From positions 2,436-66,435 of IMG/VR virus record IMGVR_UViG_3300046714_000065: 64,000 bases of DNA; one strand, given 5' to 3'. Within the stretch, counting starts at the first letter, position 1. Each line of letters begins with the position of its first letter. This document shows, one piece after another, positions 23,805-36,800 of this stretch. Both the position numbers and the translations under genes were made by a program. Below the pieces are notes generated by a model. That model was not told the DNA's origin, ran no database searches, and saw only the letters and a program-made list of their open reading frames with translations. The stretch comes from a virus.

Positions 23805-26800
23805 CTAGTTAGTTTCAAGTAATTCAATTCTTTCAAGTAATGCCTTATTCTGAGCGCTAAGTTCTTTAACTGCAGATACTAATAACGGAATGATATCATT
23901 ATAAGCAATACCTAAATGGCCTACCTTAGGATCAGCAATAGAAACAGCACTAGGCAGAATCTTCTGAACATCTTGTGCAATTAGGAATGAACGCTCAGTT
24001 CCAGGCTCATCATAAAGATAACGACCTAAGCCTGAGCGTAATGTTTCAAGCTTAGCAACAGCACCACTAAACTCTACGAAATCAGTTTTAGTACGTTCAT
24101 CAGAACCAGCACTCCAATTAAGCGCACCATCAAGGATATAAGGACCACGACCATCTTGATTGTAGGTACAGTAATGTCTTGAACCGTTAGGACCAACTGT
24201 CCACCATGCACCTGCAACAGTTGAAACGTGTCTAAGTGCTAAAGGATAACCTACAGGATTAGTGTTTACTACGCTTAAGCCTTCATCACCTAAAGCTCCG
24301 GTGGGGCCAACAAGTACGCGCCCATCATGTAATATCTGCATCTGTATTGGTGGATGGTCTACTGTACCATTCGGCCCTACTCTGAACTCCATTCTACCAT
24401 AGTTACCTAATGGAGCAGATGCTGCTACTCTAATCGAGGCTACGTAAGAAGGATCAGATATATCACGGTAAGCGTTCCACAGTATAGAACCAATGCCGTG
24501 ATCTGCACCATTTACCTGTCTATTAGTGAGTACAATAACAGGACCATCTCCACTATCAACCCTTAACTTTACACCTGGTGCAGATACATCACCTGTCTGT
24601 ACAGTACTACCATTAGATAGCACATAGAAGGCATCAGCACCTACACCATTACCCACTCTAAATGCTTGGCTAGATCCACCTGCGCCATTATCCCAGTTAA
24701 TTATTACTGCATAATTTTGTAATGCATTCAAATGTAAATTAGGTGTCATCTTAATGGCACCACCTGGCGGTGTGTAACCATTAATTGTAGCTATGTCGCC
24801 AAATGCATTAATCCAGGTTAAGGTATTACTCGTTATAAAGTTTTGCCAGGCATGCCAAGTCTGGCTATCACCATTTCTTGTACGAAAAGCTAGAAAGTTA
24901 TTCTGATAACTGGCTTGTATCTGAAATCCATAACCACCACCTGCAAAGTAGGCTACAGCACCTACGTGGGGTGCATTAACTTGATAAGTAAATCCTGAGC
25001 TATTCTCTGGTAACACGTTAGCATCAATAGCCCAGCCATAATAGTAGAACAGTTGTCTATTACCTATTACGCTATTAGTTAGGTGAGCTAAGCTAGATTT
25101 ACGATAAAAGCCATCATTACCCGTATTGACAGTAATTATATCACCTATAGGCGGGTTTTCACCAGCAACGGTATTGCTATTAATGTAGTTTAAGTGGGTA
25201 TAACCATTGTTATCTCTAGTAGCTATTGTGTTAATAGCTGTGACATGACTTACATATAAGCCACCTGCAGTATTAGCATTATCTGCGTTACCTGCAGCAC
25301 CTGCTTTTACAGGAGCACCATGGTTATTTTTAAGCTGCCAATAGGTACCATCCCATTCATTATAAAGATAATAAGCGCCTACATGCGTTGTGGCCCATAA
25401 GTAAGTTGCATAATTTGAAGTAACTGCGCTACCTGTAACATTACCATGAACAGTTATAGGGCCAGTGCTATTTGATATATTACCATTTTCACTAAAGTAA
25501 TAAGCTTGAGTTGGCGTAGTATCACTATTAATACCTAATGCGAGATAGATACCGCCATTCCAGCTAGCAGTACCCATGCGGTAATGACCTATACTCCAAT
25601 GATGCTGATAACCATAAGGTGTTACCATGCTAAGACCATGTAATGCTGGTGCATAAGTTAGCACCTCTTGTGCCATCCAAATGAATGGTATCTCTATTGG
25701 CGCTGAGGTAAGATGCGTAATTGAGCCTAATGAACTTGAAGTACTTGTAGTAAGACTACTACCAAAAGCACCAGTACCACTAACACTAAGTGCACCATTT
25801 ACGTTAACACCACCATCATAAAATACTGCAGGTACGGCACCTGATATTTGATTAGCAATGTATAAGCTGTTGTTGCTAGCAGGCATTTTAACTGCCCAGA
25901 TAGCAACATTAGACTGGTGAATATTTAATGCAGCTTCTACACCTTGTCCAGAATTTATCTGAATTATACCATTATTAGCATTGATACCACCATTAACACT
26001 AAAGCCGCCATTATAGATACCACTACCAGCTAAATCAATTCTAATACGTTCTGAGTAGCTAGTGCCATTAGCTGTCCATAATGATGCACCGCCTACGTCA
26101 TTAATCTGCCAACCATGACCATACACTCCAGCACCTGATGTAAAGTTCCAGATACCACTATTACTATCAGCAGTAGAGGACCAGCCTACATAGTTAGCAA
26201 AACCACCAAGTATATTAAGCTTAGCATTAGCCATAGTGGTGCCAATGAATACCCTACCTGCAGCATTAACACGCATCTTTTCAGCTGTTGTATAAAGACT
26301 ACCTTCGCCTGCTGAGAATATAATATCTGTATCAGCGCCAATTACAGCAGCCTGCCCAGATATACGTAAGTAACCAGTGTTAGACGTAGCATTAGTCCAA
26401 CGTAGCTGTGCAATCTCATTAGGCGCACAAAGGTTTAATCTAGCATTACTAGATATAGCATTAGGGTTACCTGCAAAGATATCACCAGATGCATCAACTA
26501 TAAGTCTATCAATACCACCTGTCCTAATTGATACGCCTGTAGCATTTCCAAATAAACTAGAGCCTGCTACAGTAAAGGCTAATGGGCCAGTCATAGTTCC
26601 ACCAGCTATCGGCACAAATAAGCTAGTATCAACAGATGCCCCAGGTACACCTTGAATACCCTGTGGTCCTTGCACACCTTGTGGGCCTGCTGGGCCTATT
26701 GGGCCTGTAGGGCCTATTGGACCCTGTATACCTTGTGGACCTTCTGGGCCTACAATACTACCTGTATCAACCCAACCTGATGGATCAAATGTAGTACCCA

Positions 26801-27545
26801 TGTAGGTATAGATATGACCCCATAAAGGATCAGTCGATAAACCTAATGTATAAGCTAAACCCTGTGTTACTAGCATCTGAACTGGTGCAGCAGGATTGCC
26901 TACTGAATCCCAGTCAGCTGGAATTAAACCATCAGGCGGCAAGTCTGTAGGTACTTTACCTAGGCCAAAAGCACCAATGATAACAGATGACTGGCCTGCA
27001 TCACCTTGCTCACCTTGAACACCTTGATCTCCTTGAGGCCCTTGTTCTCCAGTCTCACCTTGGATACCTTGTATACCCTGAATACCTTGAGGGCCAATAG
27101 GGCCTATCTCACCCTGAATACCTTGTGGTCCAATAGGGCCAGTCTCGCCCTGAATACCTTGTGGACCCATTGGACCTGTAGGGCCAACTATGCCTTGTAT
27201 ACCTTGTATACCTTGATCACCCTTATCTCCTTTTTCACCTTGTATACCTTGAATACCTTGGATACCTTGTGGGCCAACTGGCCCTATCTCACCTTGTATA
27301 CCTTGATCACCCTTATCTCCTTTTTCACCTTGTATACCTTGAATACCTTGGATACCTTGGATACCTTGAGGCCCTTGCGCCCCTACTGTTTCCATTCTGA
27401 TAGTGTAATCACCATTATCATCTACAAATAATTTATATTCTAATGCTGATGTGCTAACATTATAAGCTTCAAAGTCAGTACCTGATACACTGCTCTTACC
27501 AGGTATAAGCTTATTTGCTTTAGGGAATTGAGGTGCTTTACTCAT
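23805..27545 (-). CDS. tail fibre with collagen-like repeats and C-terminal intramolecular chaperone (peptidase S74)
   Basis: Long G-X-Y runs; SDERTK...IAQDVQ.ILP.AV...Y..IIPLLV.AVKEL coiled-coil end. Confidence 0.88.
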   Translation of the reverse strand: MSKAPQFPKANKLIPGKSSVSGTDFEAYNVSTSALEYKLFVDDNGDYTIRMETVGAQGPQGIQGIQGIQGIQGEKGDKGDQGIQGEIGPVGPQGIQGIQGIQGEKGDKGDQGIQGIQGIVGPTGPMGPQGIQGETGPIGPQGIQGEIGPIGPQGIQGIQGIQGETGEQGPQGDQGVQGEQGDAGQSSVIIGAFGLGKVPTDLPPDGLIPADWDSVGNPAAPVQMLVTQGLAYTLGLSTDPLWGHIYTYMGTTFDPSGWVDTGSIVGPEGPQGIQGPIGPTGPIGPAGPQGVQGPQGIQGVPGASVDTSLFVPIAGGTMTGPLAFTVAGSSLFGNATGVSIRTGGIDRLIVDASGDIFAGNPNAISSNARLNLCAPNEIAQLRWTNATSNTGYLRISGQAAVIGADTDIIFSAGEGSLYTTAEKMRVNAAGRVFIGTTMANAKLNILGGFANYVGWSSTADSNSGIWNFTSGAGVYGHGWQINDVGGASLWTANGTSYSERIRIDLAGSGIYNGGFSVNGGINANNGIIQINSGQGVEAALNIHQSNVAIWAVKMPASNNSLYIANQISGAVPAVFYDGGVNVNGALSVSGTGAFGSSLTTSTSSSLGSITHLTSAPIEIPFIWMAQEVLTYAPALHGLSMVTPYGYQHHWSIGHYRMGTASWNGGIYLALGINSDTTPTQAYYFSENGNISNSTGPITVHGNVTGSAVTSNYATYLWATTHVGAYYLYNEWDGTYWQLKNNHGAPVKAGAAGNADNANTAGGLYVSHVTAINTIATRDNNGYTHLNYINSNTVAGENPPIGDIITVNTGNDGFYRKSSLAHLTNSVIGNRQLFYYYGWAIDANVLPENSSGFTYQVNAPHVGAVAYFAGGGYGFQIQASYQNNFLAFRTRNGDSQTWHAWQNFITSNTLTWINAFGDIATINGYTPPGGAIKMTPNLHLNALQNYAVIINWDNGAGGSSQAFRVGNGVGADAFYVLSNGSTVQTGDVSAPGVKLRVDSGDGPVIVLTNRQVNGADHGIGSILWNAYRDISDPSYVASIRVAASAPLGNYGRMEFRVGPNGTVDHPPIQMQILHDGRVLVGPTGALGDEGLSVVNTNPVGYPLALRHVSTVAGAWWTVGPNGSRHYCTYNQDGRGPYILDGALNWSAGSDERTKTDFVEFSGAVAKLETLRSGLGRYLYDEPGTERSFLIAQDVQKILPSAVSIADPKVGHLGIAYNDIIPLLVSAVKELSAQNKALLERIELLETN

Positions 27546-27598
27546 ATTCTTCCTTTACAATCAAGTGAATGTAGCGTAGTTTTAATCATCATCTTAAC

Positions 27599-30500
27599 CT
27601 AAGTTAGGTAAGCTACTTCAACCTGATAGTAAGCCAGTTCACCTGATACGTTAGTCACGCTTATATAAGGATAGTGGCCATTAACACCAAAGGCTACTGA
27701 ACCACCAACAACACTACCTGCGAATTGGGTCATTAATATGGCATCGCCATTCCAGGCTACAGAGTAGATAGCCATTCCTGTTACTGAATGATTAAAGCAG
27801 TCTGATGATAGCGTTACTATATAGAATCTGGTATGATCATTAGCATCTGCCTCGGGAAAGCTACCCATAGTTAGGGCATAATTACCTACTGCGGACTGAG
27901 ATCCGGATATTCTAGAACCTCTACGCCTGCCTGGTAGTATAGCGTTTCCAGCTACGTGTAATGTAGCTTGAGGTGCAGTAGTACCAATACCTACATTACC
28001 ATTAGCAGTAATCTGCATTCTTTCTATATTACCTGTAGCAAATGCGATAGGTGTTGCAGTCTCGGTATCTATAACTAATGCATTAGGTGGTCCTGGCAGC
28101 CTATCCCCTGCTGCACTATTTAAACCAATATGAGAGATACCACCACCGTTGGCAAAACGGTTATATACTGCACCAGCAGGGTTAGCTGTTCTAGTGTGTC
28201 TTATATGCGTTTCAGCATCATAATCTATAGTTAGTGGCCCAGTTGGTGCAGCTGCTCCAATACCTACGAAACCTGCAGAATTAACTACAAATTGATTAAC
28301 CCAAGTAGTGGGGGTTACACCATCTGCCGATACACCTTGTCTTATAACAAAGGAGTTACCATCAGGGCTTACAGTATTAGCAGGTGGGCCATTGTAGCCA
28401 CCCCCACGCTTCTCAATTACTACACCCCAGAACGAGCGTAAGTGTAAGTCACCAGCATAATTAGCTACAATGCCCATTGCACCTAAGCCAATAGTCGCAT
28501 TGTTTACTTGAGCTGGAGTAAGACCTGGCGCCATAGCCTCAAAAGCAACACCATTAAACGGGCCTGCGGTAGAAGTATTAGGCGCCGATGTAACTGAGAG
28601 GGCTCTAGCAGCGCTTGTAGAACCTATTGTTACAGCGCCATTAGTAGCAATACGCATCTTTTCAGTTATACCGCCATCTGGACCTGTAAAGAAAACTAGT
28701 GGAGAGCCATTAAAAGAATCAAGAGCCATTAAGTTACCAGCTACGTCATAATGAAAAGCACCACGACGTAATCCAGCATCGTCTACTATACTAAATAAAG
28801 CACCTGATGATTTGGCTTTTATCTCAAGATTAGTCCAACCTGCAGAAAAGTTGTTAGGTGTGCAATTAATACCTACATTACCCTCAGCAGTAATCTGCAT
28901 ACGTTCAGGTGCTTGAAATTGTGCTCCAGGAGTTAATCCGCCTAATGCAAAGAATTTAATAAGACCAGCACTACAATCAATGCCGCTGTATGCTGTGGCA
29001 TTACCATCTGCTTGATGGAGGCCAGTGCCATAATACGTTGCGCCGGATTGTATTGCTATACCGCCATTAGTTACAAATTGGCCTATGTATCCCTTAGCAG
29101 TACCAGGATCGCCCTCTAGAGTAATCGCATTATTAAGTGAGCCCCAGTTATACCAATTAGTTAGATAGATAGATGCTCTAGTACCGCCTTGGACGTTTAA
29201 ACGTGCATTATCTGTGCTTACACCGATTAACACATTTCCAGAAGGATTAATACGCATCCTTTCACCGCTATCATTATCCCAAGCGTTTATAAACACTAAG
29301 CTAGAGCCATAATCTTCATCCCCAATTCTACTAAACTCTGCTCTTAATCCTGCATGAGCAACGTTAGCACCAAAAACTTGGATAGAAGACATTAAGATAG
29401 ATCTGCTAGGCGGTGTAACACCTGCACCTGGATAGTTATTCGTAATTAATATGTTACCATTAGCAAGGCTTAATAGTTCAGTAGGGCTATTAAGACCAAT
29501 ACCTAATTTACCAGCTAAGTAGTTATCAGCTGTGCCATTCATGTACAGGTTCCAACGTCCTGTAGCTGCTGCTAAAGCACCATAGAAGCCATAATTGTAG
29601 GTTGCACCAGTTAAAGTTGAATTAGCAAAGAAACCATACTGGCTACCTATAGACGATCCAGCACCTAGCGCTAATTGTGTAGCAAAATAATGGTAAGCAA
29701 CATTTGTATTAAAGGTAGCAGCTGCAGTACGTAGACTGCTATAGTAGAGTATATAAGAACTTGTTGAATCTGGTTGTAATGTACCATAATTATAAATACC
29801 CACACTATCAATACCACCAGTAACAGGCCTATTAACGGCTAAGGTAGCATAAGCTAAAGTGTAAGGCATACCAATGTTGCCTGCAGGGCCAATCTGTAAT
29901 GCTAAGTTAGGTGATGCAGCGCCTACTGATGTAGTATAAAAGTATAAGCCACCAGGTATGGATCCAGCAGCAGGTGCACCACCTACATAACCTGTTATAC
30001 GAGCAGCTTCTTTCATCTGCGTACCATCAGTGCCATTAAATGAGATATGACCTAGGTGATCATTAACAGCAACTGCAGTCATAGTACCAACAGCAGCACC
30101 ACGAGATTTACCTAAGAAAATGGTAGGAGCATGTACATCAGCACTAAATCTATTAAATGATTGGGAGATAGCTGAAGCACCATTTAATTGTAGAGCTGAA
30201 GTATATGTTGCAGCAAATATTTCATTAGTTACTGATGTAATAGAGTTTATTAAAAGTTTACCAGCAATATAGTTATCAGCTGTACCTGCCATGTATAGGT
30301 TCCAGCGACCTGCTGCATTAGCTAAACCACTCCAGAAACCGTAATTATTAGACGCACTAGTCATTGTAGACTGTACAAAGAAAGCGTATTGATTAGTTAT
30401 AGTAGAACCAGCACCAGGTGCAGCAGGTGATGCGATAAAGTGTGTTAGTCCTGTTAAATTAAATGCAGTAGCAGCTATAGTTGTAACACCACTGTAGTAA

Positions 30501-32350
30501 CCATGGGCTGCAGCAGTTACATCTGGTTGTACTAGACCAACGTTAGTTACACCATAAGATGTTGTAGCACCTGTGAAAGACTTAGATATGCGTAGGGTTT
30601 GACCAACAACAGTACCGATACCAATAGCAACATTACCATCACTATTAATTACCATTCTAGTAGTAACGCCATTATTACCAGCGGCATTAGTCTGAAATAG
30701 TAAAGCAGCAGGAATTGAACCAACTGCAGGAGTGTTATCTACTTGAGCTGCAATACGAGCAGCTTCTCTAAATTGAGTGCCATCTGAACCATTAAAAGAG
30801 AGGTTACCTATAAAATCATTAAGTGCTAAAACTACTTGTTCACCTACGGTAGTACCTCTAGACTTACCAAGAAATATAGCAGAGCCTGATGTATTAGCAT
30901 TGTAGTAAGCTGTACCAATGCTGCTTAAAGCTAAACTTGTAGCTAATACCTGTAGCCTAGCAGCATAGCCACCAGTACCATACGCGAATAACTCAGGTAT
31001 ACTAGTACCTATCAAGAAGTTAGTTGTAGTAATGCGAGATTGTTCAACTGCATTTACCGAAGATGTTATTGCTGCAGTACCTAAGAAACGAAGATCTGTG
31101 GTAGTACCCTGTATATAGCTCTTCCTTACACCGTTTATACCTAAGGCAATCATGGTATCACTAGCCGCATTAATACTAAGTATACGTCTGCTAGGCGACG
31201 CACTAAGTGGGATAGTGCTACCAATACTCAAGTCATCCATTAGGGATAAACCAGCAGCACTCGGTTTATATAGAAAATTAGCATTCGTAACTAAATCTTT
31301 AGTTGCATCAATAAATACTACAGCATCTGTAACACCTGATGGCAAGTTACCTGTAGTACCCGCTGGTCCTTGAATACCCTCAGGCCCTTGTATACCTTGT
31401 GGACCCACTGGACCTTCTACACCTTGTGGGCCTGATGGGCCTTGTGGACCTTCTACACCTTGTGGGCCTGATGGGCCTGTAGCACCAGCTTCACCTTGAG
31501 GACCAACAATACTACCAGCATCTACCCATTCATCACCATTAGGACCCTCCTCTAAGAATACAAAGATATGCCCCCATAGAGGATCTGTATCCAAACCTAG
31601 CGAGTAAACTAAACCTTGTGAATTAAGCACTTGTACTGCAACAGCAGGATTACCGGGGCTATCCCAGTCTACAGGTATAAGACCATCCGCTGGTAACTCA
31701 GCAGGTGTTCTTGTGAGACCGAAAGAACCGATTAGAGCTGCTGTTCTACCTGCTGGTCCTACATCACCTTCTGGTCCTTGTGGCCCTTCTGAACCAGGTG
31801 GACCTGTTAAGCCTGCTGGCCCTGTTGTGCCTTGAATACCCTGAATACCTTGGGGGCCTGCTGGACCTTCTAAACCTTGTGGACCTGCTGGACCTGGTAC
31901 TCCAGTAGCACCTATAGGGCCAATAGGTCCAGTAGCACCTGTAGGACCAATAGGGCCTACTATACCTTGATCACCCTGTTCACCTTGGATACCTTCTACA
32001 CCTTGTGGACCTACTGGGCCTTGTATACCTTGTATACCTTGTGGCCCTATCGGACCTACTTCACCTTGTATACCTTGTGGCCCTATTGGACCTACTTCAC
32101 CTTGTATACCTTGTGGCCCTATTGGACCTACTTCACCTTGTATACCTTGAATACCCTGGATACCTTGAATACCCTGAATACCTTGCTCACCTTGTATACC
32201 AGTATCACCCATAGGACCTTGTGGTCCAATATTAGCTAGTGTAATAGTGTAATGACCATTCTCTACGAATAGCGAAACGGTTCGCTTACCAGTTGTTATA
32301 CCGGTAGCCATATCACACCACCAATAAGGTTGGACTAAATAAGAATTCAA
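27599..32350 (-). CDS. second long tail fibre with collagen-like repeats (likely start at MATGITT, about 32311)
   Basis: G-X-Y runs; repeated ERMRI...GNVGIGT beta-repeat motifs; about 250-aa internal duplication. Confidence 0.85.
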   Translation of the reverse strand: MNSYLVQPYWWCDMATGITTGKRTVSLFVENGHYTITLANIGPQGPMGDTGIQGEQGIQGIQGIQGIQGIQGEVGPIGPQGIQGEVGPIGPQGIQGEVGPIGPQGIQGIQGPVGPQGVEGIQGEQGDQGIVGPIGPTGATGPIGPIGATGVPGPAGPQGLEGPAGPQGIQGIQGTTGPAGLTGPPGSEGPQGPEGDVGPAGRTAALIGSFGLTRTPAELPADGLIPVDWDSPGNPAVAVQVLNSQGLVYSLGLDTDPLWGHIFVFLEEGPNGDEWVDAGSIVGPQGEAGATGPSGPQGVEGPQGPSGPQGVEGPVGPQGIQGPEGIQGPAGTTGNLPSGVTDAVVFIDATKDLVTNANFLYKPSAAGLSLMDDLSIGSTIPLSASPSRRILSINAASDTMIALGINGVRKSYIQGTTTDLRFLGTAAITSSVNAVEQSRITTTNFLIGTSIPELFAYGTGGYAARLQVLATSLALSSIGTAYYNANTSGSAIFLGKSRGTTVGEQVVLALNDFIGNLSFNGSDGTQFREAARIAAQVDNTPAVGSIPAALLFQTNAAGNNGVTTRMVINSDGNVAIGIGTVVGQTLRISKSFTGATTSYGVTNVGLVQPDVTAAAHGYYSGVTTIAATAFNLTGLTHFIASPAAPGAGSTITNQYAFFVQSTMTSASNNYGFWSGLANAAGRWNLYMAGTADNYIAGKLLINSITSVTNEIFAATYTSALQLNGASAISQSFNRFSADVHAPTIFLGKSRGAAVGTMTAVAVNDHLGHISFNGTDGTQMKEAARITGYVGGAPAAGSIPGGLYFYTTSVGAASPNLALQIGPAGNIGMPYTLAYATLAVNRPVTGGIDSVGIYNYGTLQPDSTSSYILYYSSLRTAAATFNTNVAYHYFATQLALGAGSSIGSQYGFFANSTLTGATYNYGFYGALAAATGRWNLYMNGTADNYLAGKLGIGLNSPTELLSLANGNILITNNYPGAGVTPPSRSILMSSIQVFGANVAHAGLRAEFSRIGDEDYGSSLVFINAWDNDSGERMRINPSGNVLIGVSTDNARLNVQGGTRASIYLTNWYNWGSLNNAITLEGDPGTAKGYIGQFVTNGGIAIQSGATYYGTGLHQADGNATAYSGIDCSAGLIKFFALGGLTPGAQFQAPERMQITAEGNVGINCTPNNFSAGWTNLEIKAKSSGALFSIVDDAGLRRGAFHYDVAGNLMALDSFNGSPLVFFTGPDGGITEKMRIATNGAVTIGSTSAARALSVTSAPNTSTAGPFNGVAFEAMAPGLTPAQVNNATIGLGAMGIVANYAGDLHLRSFWGVVIEKRGGGYNGPPANTVSPDGNSFVIRQGVSADGVTPTTWVNQFVVNSAGFVGIGAAAPTGPLTIDYDAETHIRHTRTANPAGAVYNRFANGGGISHIGLNSAAGDRLPGPPNALVIDTETATPIAFATGNIERMQITANGNVGIGTTAPQATLHVAGNAILPGRRRGSRISGSQSAVGNYALTMGSFPEADANDHTRFYIVTLSSDCFNHSVTGMAIYSVAWNGDAILMTQFAGSVVGGSVAFGVNGHYPYISVTNVSGELAYYQVEVAYLT

Positions 32351-32912
32351 CTAAGCCACGCATTGGCTTCCAATTACGACTAAAACTGCTAGGCCCTTCC
32401 ATCAGGGATAATTCAAAGTAAGCATAAATAGGTTTATCAGGTAATGGCATAACAGAATAATCAGTGCTTAAGGTACTGGGAAATAATAGTGTAACAATAT
32501 TGTTAGGACCATAATCTTTCCATGCTGTTGGATTAGCAGCTGGTTGTAAGCCGATATTGTTATCTACTAAGCTTTGATAATACTTTAATTCTGCTAGTAT
32601 ATAAACTAATTGATCTTTTTGATAAACTGTAGCAGGGTTCCAAGCACCTTGAAATGGTGGCATATAAACTTGTAAGGTATCCTGTATACCACTAGGCATT
32701 ACTTCACTGGGTACTTCACCTGGAGTATTCCTAGCCTCTATTACAACAGCTTCTACAGTCATGCCGTAGATATTATCAATCCAATCAAAAGCTATTTGAT
32801 AAGCTAGCTGCTCACCTTGAATAAATGACCAAAGAACTGATCCATTATCTTTCTGTAAGTCTATATCACGTCCTGAGATCCTGGATCTGGCCATATTGGC
32901 TCCTTGTTTCAA
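32313..32912 (-). CDS. virion/baseplate-associated protein (putative)
   Basis: Position in the tail module; GAWNPATVY..DQLV..YYQSL small carbohydrate-binding-like insert. Confidence 0.55.
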   Translation of the reverse strand: MKQGANMARSRISGRDIDLQKDNGSVLWSFIQGEQLAYQIAFDWIDNIYGMTVEAVVIEARNTPGEVPSEVMPSGIQDTLQVYMPPFQGAWNPATVYQKDQLVYILAELKYYQSLVDNNIGLQPAANPTAWKDYGPNNIVTLLFPSTLSTDYSVMPLPDKPIYAYFELSLMEGPSSFSRNWKPMRGLVEFLFSPTLLVV

Positions 32913-33333
32913 GAAATGTCACATATTCTTCCTGTGTAGCACAGGCAAACATACTTTTAATGATGTCATCATCCATACCTTTAGTTACTGCTACCCAATT
33001 AGGAATATGTCCAGTTCCATGTGCTGTAGCAAACTTTATAGGTGTTATTGAGTATATAGCTCTGCGTAATCCTGCTTTAGATTCAAATACATAAGGCGCT
33101 TTTAACCTTTTCTTTGACTTATCCTCATGAAAGATAATTATCTCACCTTCTAGTAGAATGCTTATACAGCTAAACTTATGTATATAGCTAAGTATAAGCC
33201 TATTCGCAGGTAGACCCATTACCCTAAGGTATACATTTTCTGCATTGTAATGATCCATAGTATCACCGATAGCAACTGAGCTATTACGCGTATGCGTTGC
33301 TACCAATGCCTCTAGTATCGAGGGATCATTCAC
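32866..33333 (-). CDS. cupin-like tail-module protein
   Basis: H..AENVY.R...LPA......IHK.....ILL.G and APYVF.S.AG.RRA.Y pattern. Confidence 0.6.
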   Translation of the reverse strand: MNDPSILEALVATHTRNSSVAIGDTMDHYNAENVYLRVMGLPANRLILSYIHKFSCISILLEGEIIIFHEDKSKKRLKAPYVFESKAGLRRAIYSITPIKFATAHGTGHIPNWVAVTKGMDDDIIKSMFACATQEEYVTFLETRSQYGQIQDLRT

Positions 33334-33886
33334 TCCACCACCCTTCGTTGATATCTATAGCGTCTATTTCTGCTTGTGTTTTAGCAGCTTTTATTTTAGC
33401 TAATAAGGCTAGATAATTCCGTTTATTAAAATAGTTAGCATTCATTATTCTTTTTACTAAGTTCTTAGCTGCATTTACATTATATTCTACAGGATTGTTA
33501 TGTATATCATAGATTAACACATCATCATCAGAAAGAATATATGCTAATAATAGCCCTCTTAGCTCTTCCGTATTAGTAAACTCATGCCGCCTAAATGTAA
33601 TATTTTCACTTTTTGATTTATAAATAGTTTCTAATTCTGAAAGCTTAATTGCAGGGGTTGCAACAGATTCCCATAGCTTAGTATCATAGTTAAAAACATA
33701 ATCTGGAGGATATGCTGGTTTTGGAGGTAGCTCAACAAATATACCATTCTCATAGTAGTACAGTTTGCCTTTGTCTAGCTCTGCATCTATAACTTCTTCA
33801 TGGTCTAGTAATGTTGTAATTGGCAAGTCAGATAGGACTAAGCTAGCTATTTTTCCATTAGGTTCGGCTTTCACATAGGTATACAT
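33326..33886 (-). CDS. tail fibre assembly-like protein
   Basis: PPKP..P.YVFNY.TK.W motif and KIKAAKT.AEIDAI C-terminus. Confidence 0.55.
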   Translation of the reverse strand: MYTYVKAEPNGKIASLVLSDLPITTLLDHEEVIDAELDKGKLYYYENGIFVELPPKPAYPPDYVFNYDTKLWESVATPAIKLSELETIYKSKSENITFRRHEFTNTEELRGLLLAYILSDDDVLIYDIHNNPVEYNVNAAKNLVKRIMNANYFNKRNYLALLAKIKAAKTQAEIDAIDINEGWWSE

Positions 33887-33888
33887 AG

Positions 33889-36800
33889 TTACCTCATATT
33901 TGCTAGAATTGATACTTTCAGTTGAAAGTTTGCCCTATATGCGTTGCCTCCAGCTGCATTATAAGTGCTAATAGTAAATATATAGTTAGGGCTAGAGTTA
34001 TAGCCCGAAGGGATTATATCCATTGTAGCGTAATCTATATCAGATACTACTATAGAAGTAGTGCCTACTTTATATATCACATCTACAAACTTAGACTTAA
34101 CTAAGTTACCTGATGTAACGCTGTCTCTATAGAGGTTTATAGTCATATCTCCAGGCTCGAACTCACCTGCAACTGGAGTCCAATGAAATTCAACAATAAA
34201 TGAAACGCCTGAAGGAGCAACTGGAAGATTCAAAGGATACGCATTAGTTACGTAGATTGCATTAAGTGGAGTTATATCAGATATATTTATAAACATGCCT
34301 ACGGTTACAGCTTTACCTGCTACTTTTAACGTTTGTACTGCCAGATCCCTAATCTTACCGGTGTCAACTGCAAGGTTATCTATCTTAGCTGTACTAACTG
34401 CTAGGTCTCTAATCTTAGCGGTATCAACTGCTGCAGTAGCTATCTTAGCATTGGTTATCTGCGCATCTTTAACTATAAGATTAAGTGCATATACACCTGC
34501 TGGATAATTATAACCATCTACAGTAAATGGCCCTGTATGTACTTCAAATGGTACTGCACCAAAGTTAGGCGCTCCGATTACAAATGAATCAACCATTACA
34601 TTAAAGCTAGAGGTAGGACCTGCGGCTCCATTAGAGCTAAATAAGCCAACACCAGTGATATACGGAACTCCACCAGCACCAGCAGCTATCTGAGATTTAA
34701 TAGACCAGTTAGTATTCTGGCTACCATCAGATGTTTGTAAGGCTGACATGCTTTGGGTAATCTGCGTATCTTTAGCTATTAAATCAGTTATAGCAGTAGC
34801 TTGTTGACCGTTAACTGTTTCGGTTGCAGATATCCTATTCACTGCAGAAGTTAAACCGGCATTCAATGTGGTTATAGATTCAGACTGAGTACCATTAACT
34901 GTTTCAGTTGCAGTGATTCTAACATTTGCGTTAGCTAAACCAGCATTTAGGTCAGTTATCGAAGTAGCTTGAGTACCATTAACTGTTTCAGTTGCAGTGA
35001 TTCTAACGTTTGCATTTGCTAAGCCAGCGTCTAGATTAGTAATAGACGAAGCCTGAGTACCGTTAACTGTTTCAGTTGCAGTGATTCTAACTTCAGCATT
35101 TGCTAAACCTGCATTAAGCGTAGTGATAGAGCTAGCTTGACTACCGTTTTCAGTCTCAACTGCGGTTATTCTTACATTAGCGGAAGCTTGTCCAGCTTCT
35201 AAAGAAGTTATATCCTCTTGTATACTGATTATGTTACCTGAAAGGCCTAGATCAGTATTCTCTAATCTAACTATATCTGCTTCTAATTCTGTAATATCTA
35301 ACGCTATATCCTTTTGCAGAACTGTATTACCAATCTCATTCTGCATCTTATCAAAGATAGCTGTAGTATTAAGACCAGTCTGAGCTATGAATGGACCTAC
35401 CTTAATTGATTCCGTTAGGTTATTAGCTACAAATGCTACCCACACATACCAGATATCACCAGGGTGTGCATCAATAAAATGACCAAATCCAAATGCATCA
35501 ATAGCTATTTTAGCTTGATCTACAGTTGGTGCAGCAGCGCTTATTTTTAATGCAGCATAAACTCGAGTAGAACGATAACCATGATTAATTGCAAAACTAA
35601 TTGGTTCACATTCTACATAATAGAACGTAAATCCAGCGGATATTTGTACACCTTCAGGCTTTGGTGTTATACCTACAGCACCACCTACTGACTGACCACC
35701 ACCATAATAAGCATATATACGTTTATTATATACCTTACCATCTACAGTTATATCAACATCACATGCAGCTGTAGAGGAAACCATGCTAGTAATCTGTACT
35801 AAACCTGTAGGGCTAACTACTGCAGTACAATAGAATGTTTGGCTAATTGCATAAGTAGAGCTAGCGGTAAGATCTACATTACCTTTAGATACTTTTAGCT
35901 GTGAGGCAGCTGGTCCATAATTAATATTACCATTAGCATCATCTTGTACTAAGATACTTGGAGGTGTCGCATCAACGGTAAAGGATAGCGTAGAATTAGT
36001 AGCTATAATAGCTAGCAATGGCCAATGTGAACCAGATGAGATATCCATCTGAGGAGCACGCTTACCACCGGATGATATAGATACTACAGCTACTGTATAG
36101 TAGTTATAGTTCATTAGCGGTAAAATAGCTTTAGTTCCTGGTACTATAGTTAATTCGTTCCATGCAGTTTCTGATGTAACAGATTCAGGTGGCACATTAG
36201 TAATTAAGATTGCATACTTCTCAACTGTAGCATCCTCAGCAGCATCCCAGTTAAGCTCACCCATACTACTAGCATTATAGGTAATCTCTGGTGTAAAGGT
36301 TAAGTTAGTAGCTTGTCTAACTTGATCACTGTAAAACTTAGCATCCTCAATTATTTCATCATCTTTAGCATTCCAAGCTAGCTGCCTAGGATCATATATA
36401 TAGCCGGTAATCTCAAGTATACCAGCATCCTTAAAAGTGGTAGGCTTAGTTTCTGTTACTCTAATAAGTTGGTTAGGTATATTAAGATACTCGCTATCTA
36501 CCCTAATAATATCACCAGGGATAATAGCTATTAGCCTTCTATTAACACCCATTTTAATAACTGTCTTAGATCTGGACATTCTAACGATGTACTCAGCATA
36601 AGCTAGCGCATGATAGTAGTTAGAGCAATAGCTTAGTGTAACCTCATTCTCTAGGAAGTAGCCATTATCCTCTGCTAAATAGGTCTCATAGATAGGATTA
36701 GTGGCACTGTACTTAGGTGGCCAACTAGCAGAATCTTCTCTAAAGCTCTTTTCATCACTATTAAATTGAACTGTACAAAAGTTATACCTAGCAGCTGAAT

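Noticed and set aside
26640-32230. 9-nt-period CCTTGTATA/GGACC repeats as a second guide array
   Set aside because: They lie in frame inside the fibre genes and encode collagen G-X-Y triplets.
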